Below, in pieces: positions 57,010 through 64,000 of a DNA stretch of 64,000 nucleotides; within the stretch, counting starts at the first letter, position 1; each line of letters begins with the position of its first letter. The stretch comes from Acidimicrobiia bacterium (lineage in GTDB: Bacteria; Actinomycetota; Acidimicrobiia; Spongiisociales; ZC4RG35). A program made the position numbers and the translations under genes. Under the pieces are notes generated by a model. It did not search any database and was not told where the DNA came from. It saw nothing but the letters and a program-made list of their open reading frames with translations. Location: NCBI GenBank assembly GCA_965216725.1, contig CBDCGI010000005.1, positions 10,343 through 74,342 on the forward strand. The letters are read 5' to 3'.

Positions 57010-58664
57010 ACCAGGGCCTCACGCAGGTGATCCAGCCGAATTGGCCCCGCCTCGAGCATTCTGCGATGGAAGTCGGCGAGGCTGAAGTCGGATCCCTGGT
57101 TCTTCATGGCCTCGTCGCGAATGTCGATGATCACTCGCTCGCCGACCTTGTAGGAGATTGCCTGGCCCCACCACCCCAGGTACCGCGTCACTTCGGATTT
57201 GGCAATGTCGAGGGCCTGCACAGCTACCTGATGCATGTAGTCGACACCGATGTCGTAGTTCCAGACCTCACCGGCGTGGAGGGGCGCGCTGTCGGGAATC
57301 CTCAGCTGGAGGTGGCATCCGATGTCCAGCACGACCCGCACCGCTCGAAACAGCTGGCTGTTCAGGTAGCCCAGTCGCCACTCTGGATTCTCCAAAAAGC
57401 CCAACTCGTCCATGAGACGTTCGGCGTATAGCGCCCAACCTTCTCCGGAACCTGAATACCAGATGGCAAGCCGATGGAATCGCGACAACTGCTCACGAAG
57501 CAGGGTGACGGTCCCTACCTGGAGGTGGTGGCCGGGAAACCCTTCGTGGTAGGCGGTCGAGACCTCACCCCAATAAGGAAGACGCTCCCGCTCACCTGGC
57601 GCATACCAGATGGATCCCGGCCGTGAGAAGTCCTCAGAGGGTGCGGCATACCAGGCGCCGAGTGGCCCCCCCGGGGGAGCCACATTGACCGTGACCACCT
57701 TGATCTCGTCGGGCACATCGAAGTGTGTTCCGCTCAGTTTGGCGACGGCGTCATTCTGAAGGCCCTGAACGAAGTCGATGAATGTCTGACGGTCGGGGGC
57801 AGAGCGCTCGGGGTCGGTGTCGAGCAGGTGATAGACCTCCTCCAGGGAAAGCCCCGGATCGATGAGTCGAGCCGTGGCCCGGGACTCATCAAGCAAGCGA
57901 GAGACCTCGCCCCAGCCCCATTCGTATGTCTCCTCGAGGTCGATCTCGGTCCCGAGGAACTGGTCGAGATCTTGCAAATAGCGCTCCTCCCCGACGCCGT
58001 CCTCGGAACGAGCATGAGGCAGATAGTCGGCCTCGAGCCAGCCTGCGAACTCGGCAGCAGATGCACGCACCCGTCCCAAAGCCGCGCTCAGAGCCTCAGG
58101 GTCGCCTCCTGTGTCGGTCGCCTCCGCCGGGAAGGAAGCGAACCTGTTGTCGTCTGCCGCGATCTCACGTGCCTGCTGAATCACACTCTCGACCTGGCGT
58201 CTGGCCGCAGTCCGGCCTCTGCCCAGACCCACTTCGAGAGACTCTCGATAGCCGGCCAGCGGCTCGCCGAACGACGCGAAGCGTGCCTGGATGTTGGCCC
58301 AGTTCTCGGGTCCGTTCCGAGGCATGAGATCGAATACACCGACCATCCCCTGAAGAGGGCTAGCGATGTGGTTGAGGTCCTCGACCCAATCTCCCCGATC
58401 GAACGAATCGACCCTCTCACCCAGATATGCGGCCATCACCTTGGCAGCTCGGGCCTGCACCGGATCAGGATGGTCGAGGTGCTGAATCAGCCGAGATCGA
58501 GCCGTTCTCTGCAAGTCGGCGAGCTCCGCCACGTCATCGGGCCCAAATCCTGGCCACCGATCATCGTGGCCGCTGACACCCATGTAGGTGGCGCCGAGTG
58601 GGTTGAGTCTGCAGTAATCGTCGGTGAAGGCGTCTGAGATCTGAAACGGGCTTGGGTCGGTCAT
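57006..58664 (-). CDS. DUF885-family protein.
   Basis: Length and a conserved HEGFPGHHLQ segment, typical of DUF885. Confidence 0.65.
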   Translation of the reverse strand: MTDPSPFQISDAFTDDYCRLNPLGATYMGVSGHDDRWPGFGPDDVAELADLQRTARSRLIQHLDHPDPVQARAAKVMAAYLGERVDSFDRGDWVEDLNHIASPLQGMVGVFDLMPRNGPENWANIQARFASFGEPLAGYRESLEVGLGRGRTAARRQVESVIQQAREIAADDNRFASFPAEATDTGGDPEALSAALGRVRASAAEFAGWLEADYLPHARSEDGVGEERYLQDLDQFLGTEIDLEETYEWGWGEVSRLLDESRATARLIDPGLSLEEVYHLLDTDPERSAPDRQTFIDFVQGLQNDAVAKLSGTHFDVPDEIKVVTVNVAPPGGPLGAWYAAPSEDFSRPGSIWYAPGERERLPYWGEVSTAYHEGFPGHHLQVGTVTLLREQLSRFHRLAIWYSGSGEGWALYAERLMDELGFLENPEWRLGYLNSQLFRAVRVVLDIGCHLQLRIPDSAPLHAGEVWNYDIGVDYMHQVAVQALDIAKSEVTRYLGWWGQAISYKVGERVIIDIRDEAMKNQGSDFSLADFHRRMLEAGPIRLDHLREALV

Positions 58665-58682
58665 GGGGCCAGGGTAGAGCTA

Positions 58683-59744
58683 TTGATATCGTGTCCAGTA
58701 GTGAGCGATCTGATCCCTGTGAGAGACGACGAGGGATTCGATGTCGCTGCCCTCGTAACATGGCTGGTGGGCCAGGACAGCCTTCCTCATGAGTCACCCG
58801 AAATACTCCAGTTCGGCGGAGGCAAGGCGAATCTGACCTATCTGCTGCGCTTTCCGTCGGGAGAGGAATTGGTTTTGCGGCGCCCGCCCCTGGGTCCGGT
58901 CGCCGCGTCCTCGCATGACATGGGGCGCGAATATCGGGTGCTGTCCCGTCTCTGGAGGGAGTTCGACAAGGCCCCCCGTGCGCTGGCGCTGTGCGACGAC
59001 CCCTCGATCATCGGGGCAACCTTTCTGGTTATGGAACGCCGTGACGGAATTGTCGTCCGGCAGAAAGTACCCGACATCTTCGGTGGCGGTGCTGACACGA
59101 ACGCCAATCGCGTGCTCTCTAACGCCGTGGTGGAGACCCTCGCCGAGTTCCACGCAGTCGATCCGGCCTCTTGTGACCTGGATCAGCTGGGCCGACCGGA
59201 AGGGTTCCTGAAGCGACAGGTCGATGGGTGGCTCACAAGATGGGACGCCGCCAAGGATGATGACAATCCCGTCGCCGATGAGGTAGGCAGGTGGCTGTTG
59301 GACCACCTGCCGTCGTCGCCTGAGCCCACCCTCCTCCACAACGATTGGCGTCTGGACAATATGGCGGTGAGCTCCGACGATCCAGGCCGCTGCGTCGCCG
59401 TGTACGACTGGGACATGGCAACCAGAGGTGACCCCCTCGCCGACCTGGGGACTCTGATGGGATCGTGGTTCGACCCGGGCGAGGCCCCCGAAGGTTTGGG
59501 CATGATGCCGACCACGGCTCCGGGTTGGATCCCGAGGAGCCAGGCCGTTCAGATGTACGGGGACTACTCAGGCCGGGACCTGTCGGCCGTCGACTGGTAT
59601 CTGGTCTTCGGTTCATGGAAGCTGGCCGTCATCCTCCAGCAGATCTTCATCCGCTGGCTCCGTGGACAGACCCGGGACCAGAGGTTCGCGGGTCTTGGAG
59701 ATGGAGCCCGTGTCCTTTTCGAGCTGGCAGCCGAACGCCGGTGA
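58683..59744 (+). CDS. Phosphotransferase-family (APH-like) kinase.
   Basis: LHNDWRLDNM catalytic loop and DWDMATRGDPLADL (Brenner/APH motifs). Confidence 0.7.
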   Translation: MISCPVVSDLIPVRDDEGFDVAALVTWLVGQDSLPHESPEILQFGGGKANLTYLLRFPSGEELVLRRPPLGPVAASSHDMGREYRVLSRLWREFDKAPRALALCDDPSIIGATFLVMERRDGIVVRQKVPDIFGGGADTNANRVLSNAVVETLAEFHAVDPASCDLDQLGRPEGFLKRQVDGWLTRWDAAKDDDNPVADEVGRWLLDHLPSSPEPTLLHNDWRLDNMAVSSDDPGRCVAVYDWDMATRGDPLADLGTLMGSWFDPGEAPEGLGMMPTTAPGWIPRSQAVQMYGDYSGRDLSAVDWYLVFGSWKLAVILQQIFIRWLRGQTRDQRFAGLGDGARVLFELAAERR

Positions 59745-59782
59745 TTGCTTGCCCCAGAGTGGGGCCATAATTACCGACTCGC

Positions 59783-60748
59783 ATGCATGCCGTTGAAGCC
59801 CAGGACATCGTCAAGACCTTCGATGACGTGGTGGCATTGAACGGAGTCACCGTCGCTTTCGAGCCCGGGATCATCTACGGCTTATTGGGACCCAACGGTG
59901 CGGGGAAGACGACCCTTATCCGGGTCCTCACCACCCTGCTGAAGCCCGACTCGGGTTCGGCGAGCGTTGCCGGTATCGACGTTGCCGCAATGCCGGTGGC
60001 GGTTAGGCACAGGATCGGCCTCGCCGGCCAGTACGCGGCGGTGGACGAGTATCTGACAGGACGCGAGAACGTGGAGATGGTGGGTCGGCTCTACAACCTC
60101 GAGGCCGCCGAGGCCCACAGGCGCACCAGTGACCTATTGGAGAGGATCAAACTCACTGAGGCCGCCGATCGGCAAGTGAAGACTTACTCGGGTGGAATGC
60201 GCCGCCGACTCGACCTGGCCGCCTCGATCGTCGGCCGTCCCGAGGTTCTCTTCCTCGACGAGCCCACAACCGGAATCGACCCGGCCTCGAGACTCGACCT
60301 GTGGGACCTCATCGAGGAGTTGGTCGAAGGTGGTACCACCCTGCTCCTGACTACCCAATACCTCGATGAGGCAGACCGCCTGGCCGACCGCATCGGTGTG
60401 ATCAACCACGGTCGGCTGATCGCCGAAGGCACTTCCGACGAGCTCAAGACCCAGATGGGTGGTGACGTGGTCGAGATTCACGTCTCAGAGAGCGATCGCG
60501 CCGGCGCCGCCCAGGCGCTGATGACGGTGAGTGGCGGGGAGCTGGCTCAAGAGAGGAACACATTCTCGATTCCCGCTCCAAACGGCTCGAGAACGTTGAC
60601 TGCCGTTGTCCGCGAGCTGGATGCCCGAGGCGTGGAGCCCAACGACATAGCCCTGCGGAAGCCGACGCTGGACGACGTCTTCCTGGCTCTGACCGGCGGG
60701 CGGACCGAAGCCGAAGTCGGTGCTCCTGTGGAGGTACAAGGAGAATGA
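59783..60748 (+). CDS. ABC transporter ATP-binding protein (DrrA-like).
   Basis: GPNGAGKTT, LSGGMRRRLDLAASIV and LLFLDEPT. Confidence 0.85.
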   Translation: MHAVEAQDIVKTFDDVVALNGVTVAFEPGIIYGLLGPNGAGKTTLIRVLTTLLKPDSGSASVAGIDVAAMPVAVRHRIGLAGQYAAVDEYLTGRENVEMVGRLYNLEAAEAHRRTSDLLERIKLTEAADRQVKTYSGGMRRRLDLAASIVGRPEVLFLDEPTTGIDPASRLDLWDLIEELVEGGTTLLLTTQYLDEADRLADRIGVINHGRLIAEGTSDELKTQMGGDVVEIHVSESDRAGAAQALMTVSGGELAQERNTFSIPAPNGSRTLTAVVRELDARGVEPNDIALRKPTLDDVFLALTGGRTEAEVGAPVEVQGE

Positions 60749-61578
60749 CCGTCACCGCCGAAATGGCAACTCGGATCGGGCCTCGACAGGCTCTCACCCA
60801 CATTCGGGTGGTCACTAAACGCAATGTGTTGCGAAACCTGAGACTCCCCCAGTTGCTCCTCTTCGCCACGGTGCAGCCAGTGATGTTCCTGTTGCTCTTC
60901 AATTACGTTTTCGGCGGAGCGATCATCTCGGGTGGCGAGGCAGGAGCCGACGATTACATCAACTACCTCATACCCGGCATCCTGGTGCAGACGGCGGTGT
61001 TCGGAGCGGCGCAGACTTCACTCGGCCTCACCGAAGACCTGGCAGCGGGTGTCATCGACCGTTTCCGTTCCTTACCGATCGCACGGTCTGCGGTCCTCGC
61101 CGGACGGACGATCGCCGACTTCTTGCGAAATCTGTTCGTCAACATCTTGATGCTGGTCGTCGGGTTCTTGATGGGCTGGCAATTCGACCAGGGCTTCGTC
61201 CGAATGGCGACCGGCGTGCTGATCGTGCTCTTGTTCGGCTATGCGATGTCCTGGGTCATGGCGACGATCGGCCTGGTGGTAAAGACGCCTGAGGCTGCCC
61301 AATCAGCGGCTTTCCTCCCAATGTTCCCGTTGGTGTTCGCCTCCTCGATCTTTGTTCCGGTGGAGACGATGCCGAGCTGGCTGCAAACGTTCGCCGAGGT
61401 GCAACCGATCACGATTCTGTCCAACACGGCCCGTTCGCTGATGCTGCCCGAGGAAGCCGCATCCTTCCTTGGACTCGACAGCGCAACGCTCATCGTCCAG
61501 TCGCTTCTGTGGATCCTGGCGATTCTTGTCCTGTTCGTGCCCCTTGCGGTTCGCCAGTACCGGAAGACCGTCAGCTGA
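60745..61578 (+). CDS. ABC-2 family transporter permease (DrrB-like).
   Basis: Six TM helices. Start overlaps the upstream stop (ATGA). Confidence 0.75.
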   Translation: MTVTAEMATRIGPRQALTHIRVVTKRNVLRNLRLPQLLLFATVQPVMFLLLFNYVFGGAIISGGEAGADDYINYLIPGILVQTAVFGAAQTSLGLTEDLAAGVIDRFRSLPIARSAVLAGRTIADFLRNLFVNILMLVVGFLMGWQFDQGFVRMATGVLIVLLFGYAMSWVMATIGLVVKTPEAAQSAAFLPMFPLVFASSIFVPVETMPSWLQTFAEVQPITILSNTARSLMLPEEAASFLGLDSATLIVQSLLWILAILVLFVPLAVRQYRKTVS

Positions 61579-61600
61579 TAACGGCGGTAGGTTGACATCG

Positions 61601-62482
61601 ATGAAGGCCCTGGTTGGAACCACTTCGGGTTTGCTCACCGTCGACAGCTCGGTGGAGGAGCTCATAGCAGGTACGCGGATCAACCACGTCCTCACATCGG
61701 AAGATGGGTGGTGGGCAGTCGACGGCAAGGGCCGGGTCCATCACAACGGGCAGGTGGTTGCATCGATGCCGCCAGAAACGACTCCCCTATGTGTGCAACC
61801 AGGACGTGACGTGACCTGGATCGGCACCTCGGAGGCCCACCTGTTTGTTCTCGAGGGCGACCGACTCAGCAAGGACGAGTTCTTTGACAACTCGCCAGGC
61901 CGAGAAGCCTGGCACACCCCGTGGGGAGGCCCGCCCGACACCCGGTCTCTGGCTTTGGACACCGATCTCACACTCTTTGTCAACGTTCATGTCGGTGGGA
62001 TTCTCAGATACGACAACACCGGCCCGACACCCACTCTCGACATCACTGCCGACGTCCACCAGGTGGCCGCCCATCCCAGTCGAGGTGGAGTTGTGCTTGC
62101 GGCATCTGCTCGAGGTCTGGCTTTCTCACGCAATGGCCACGACTTCGACTTCGTCGATGACGGGCTGCATGCTCCCTATTGCCGCGCCGTCGCCGTTGCC
62201 GACGACTGGCTTTTGGTGTCGGCATCAACCGGGCCCCGTTCCGATCGGGCGCGGGTCTACCGATCACAGCTGGGGGCCACGACGCTCCAGCCGGTCACGG
62301 CGGGGCTGCCAGAGTGGTTTGACGCCAATGTCGACACCCATTGCCTGGCCGTGAGCGGCCCGTCCGCGTTCTTGGGTCACGGAGACACGCTCTGGCGATC
62401 GGACGATGCCGGTTTGAGTTGGTCGGTGGTTGCGGACAAGCTGCCGCGCGTCACCTCCGTGGCGGCTTGGCCCTCGATCTGA
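61601..62482 (+). CDS. BNR/Asp-box repeat beta-propeller-like protein.
   Basis: SDDAGLSW Asp-box (S-x-D-x-G-x-x-W) plus repeated beta-strand pattern. ATG at 61601; the track ORF N-extension is not supported. Confidence 0.45.
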   Translation: MKALVGTTSGLLTVDSSVEELIAGTRINHVLTSEDGWWAVDGKGRVHHNGQVVASMPPETTPLCVQPGRDVTWIGTSEAHLFVLEGDRLSKDEFFDNSPGREAWHTPWGGPPDTRSLALDTDLTLFVNVHVGGILRYDNTGPTPTLDITADVHQVAAHPSRGGVVLAASARGLAFSRNGHDFDFVDDGLHAPYCRAVAVADDWLLVSASTGPRSDRARVYRSQLGATTLQPVTAGLPEWFDANVDTHCLAVSGPSAFLGHGDTLWRSDDAGLSWSVVADKLPRVTSVAAWPSI

Positions 62483-62520
62483 CCGTCCGCGCCACCTCTC
62501 CGCCATCGCCCTGCAGGCCG

Positions 62521-62660
62521 CACCCCCTCCGCCGCCTTCGGCGCCACCTCCCCTCATCGGCCCTAATGGGCCTCACCCCCTCCGCCGCCTTCGGCGCCAC
62601 CTCCCCTCATCGGCCCTAATGGGCCTCACCCCCTCCGCCGCCTTCGGCGCCACCTCCCCC
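62521..62660. repeat. Tandem direct repeat with a 53-bp unit, about 2.6 copies.
   Basis: Unit caccccctccgccgccttcggcgccacctcccctcatcggccctaatgggcct. Each unit contains a GGCCC-TAAT-GGGCC hairpin. Confidence 0.85.
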
Positions 62661-62661
62661 A

Positions 62662-62745
62662 ATGGTCGCTCCGCTCCCTGGGGGAGGAAATGGTCGCTCC
62701 GCTCCCTGGGGGAAGAAATGGTCGCTCCGCTCCCTGGGGGAGGAA
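62662..62745. repeat. Tandem direct repeat with a 28-bp unit in three copies.
   Basis: Unit atggtcgctccgctccctggggga(g/a)gaa occurs three times with no intervening spacers. Confidence 0.85.
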
Positions 62746-62752
62746 ATGGCCG

Positions 62753-63337
62753 CTAGTAGTCGATCCCTCGTCTGGCCATGATCCCGGCGTCGAAGGCGTG
62801 TTTGACCTTCTTCATCTCGGTGACGGTGTCGGCGGTGTCGATCAGGTCTTCGGGTGCATCGCGGCCGGTCAGGATGACGCTCACCGCCTCTGGTCGAGTA
62901 CGCAGGACCTCGACGACGTTTCCGAGATCTATCCAGCCCCAGTTGATGGGATAGGTCACCTCGTCCAAAATCACCAGCCCGTACTCCCCCGACTGGATCA
63001 CCTGACGTGCCGCTTGCCACGCATCACGCGCCAGAGCTTCCGACTCGTCCATGTCATCGGAGTCCCAGGTGAAACCGTCCCCGAGAGCCCGCCACTCGAT
63101 ACCCAGTTGGCGGCCGATCTTCTCCTCCCCAACACTCCAATCTCCTGACTTGAGGAACTGAACCACCGCGACTTTCCAACCCCGGGCCACCGCTCTGATG
63201 GCGGTGCCGAACGCGGCGGTCGATTTGCCTTTACCGTCGCCGGTGTGGACCAGAATCAGACTCGGTGCTCGTTCGGTGGCCTTCCGAGGTGGATCAGTCG
63301 GAGGAGTTTCAGAGGGAGGAGTCGGTGCTTCAACCAT
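62753..63337 (-). CDS. cobO: Cob(I)yrinic acid a,c-diamide adenosyltransferase (CobO/BtuR type).
   Basis: HTGDGKGKSTAAFG P-loop and YGLVILDEVTY. Typical length. Start overlaps the upstream ABC gene's stop. Confidence 0.85.
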   Translation of the reverse strand: MVEAPTPPSETPPTDPPRKATERAPSLILVHTGDGKGKSTAAFGTAIRAVARGWKVAVVQFLKSGDWSVGEEKIGRQLGIEWRALGDGFTWDSDDMDESEALARDAWQAARQVIQSGEYGLVILDEVTYPINWGWIDLGNVVEVLRTRPEAVSVILTGRDAPEDLIDTADTVTEMKKVKHAFDAGIMARRGIDY

Positions 63338-64000
63338 GTTCTCTTCTCGAAGGAATCACTATCGGACCGTTACCGTCGTGAACGACCCTGACGCGTGAAC
63401 CGTAGCTTGATCGCAGCACGTCCTCGGTGAGCACCTCGTGGGGAGAGCCCTCGACCTCGATACGTCCTCGTGTGAGCAGTGCAAGACGATCGGCAAACTG
63501 ACCGGCGAGTGTCAGATCATGAATGGCCGTCACCACGGTCAAGCCACCGGAGCGACGCAGATCGTCGATCATCTCCAGCACCTCCAGGCCATGCCCGACA
63601 TCGAGACTCGACGTCGGCTCGTCGAGCAACAACACTGGCGCCTCCTGGGCCAGCGCCCTGGCGAGCACCGCCCGCTGTGCCTCGCCACCGGAGAGGGTTA
63701 CGAGTTGCCTATCCGCAAGATCGACCATGCTCACTCGCTGCAGTGCCAACTCAACCGAATCCAGGTCGTGGGGGCGTTCCGACTTGAGATATCCGAGATG
63801 TGGGGTTCTGCCCAAGAGCACGTAATTGGCGACGCTCATCTCATCAGGCAGGTGCGGACGCTGGGGCATCCATGCGACGTCCAAACCTGGCCGGGCGACA
63901 CCGCCGTTCAATTCCACCTCACCAGAGAACGGAACTGCACCGATCGCTGATTTGATCAGAGTTGACTTGCCTGCGCCGTTGGGCCCGATCAGCCCAAGCC
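63330..64000 (-). CDS. ABC transporter ATP-binding protein of the FecE/BtuD-like iron-siderophore/cobalamin type. 5'-partial: it continues beyond the window end.
   Basis: LSGGEAQRAVLARAL and LLLDEPTSSLD. The reverse complement of 63940-64000 encodes the Walker A GPNGAGKST, so the gene starts outside the window. Confidence 0.75.
   Translation of the reverse strand, partial: LGLIGPNGAGKSTLIKSAIGAVPFSGEVELNGGVARPGLDVAWMPQRPHLPDEMSVANYVLLGRTPHLGYLKSERPHDLDSVELALQRVSMVDLADRQLVTLSGGEAQRAVLARALAQEAPVLLLDEPTSSLDVGHGLEVLEMIDDLRRSGGLTVVTAIHDLTLAGQFADRLALLTRGRIEVEGSPHEVLTEDVLRSSYGSRVRVVHDGNGPIVIPSRREHG

Noticed and set aside
62662-62745. CRISPR array? Three identical 28-bp units; also the 53-bp and 70-bp tandem repeats at 62521..62660 and 23424..23612.
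   Set aside because: The units are directly tandem with no unique spacers between them, and no cas genes are present in the window. These are plain tandem repeats.

Overview
This 64 kb window comes from a high-G+C actinobacterial-type chromosome. The ORF track is dense with spurious antisense ORFs, as expected at this G+C. Most of the window is ordinary core genome: moaC-moeA-galU-plsY, fmdB/uppP, dapB, a large polyamine uptake and catabolism cluster (potABCD, agmatinase-family enzyme, aldehyde dehydrogenase, class-III aminotransferases, FAD oxidases, a spermidine-synthase-like fusion), mrp, acnA, rlmN, a DrrAB-like ABC pair and cobO.

The unusual part is the first 16 kb. A complete tRNA-Ala(CGC) sits on the minus strand at 16083..16159. 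About 6.5 kb and 11.6 kb downstream of its 3' end there are two degenerate copies of its 3' half. Similarity to the tRNA starts exactly in the anticodon loop and runs to the acceptor 3' end. In both copies the 5' half is replaced by a hairpin, and each copy is flanked by a conserved pair of ~25-nt direct repeats. These three sites delimit two cargo segments. Segment 4554..9478 carries an AfsR/SARP-like STAND regulator and a BBE-like FAD oxidase. Segment 9689..16082 carries a lower-G+C DUF3800 gene and a modular two-component locus: a histidine kinase, a free-standing paralog of its membrane sensor domain, a free-standing His-less paralog of its dimerisation (DHp) region, and a LuxR-type response regulator. 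No integrase is visible.

Other notable items are a duplicated two-gene membrane module around a TetR gene, two tandem-repeat tracts in convergent intergenic regions, perfect palindromic candidate operators (mrp/ArsR-SufR-like and HD-GYP), a tandem pair of membrane HD / HD-GYP proteins, and several 4-nt start/stop overlaps plus head-to-head overlapping start codons.
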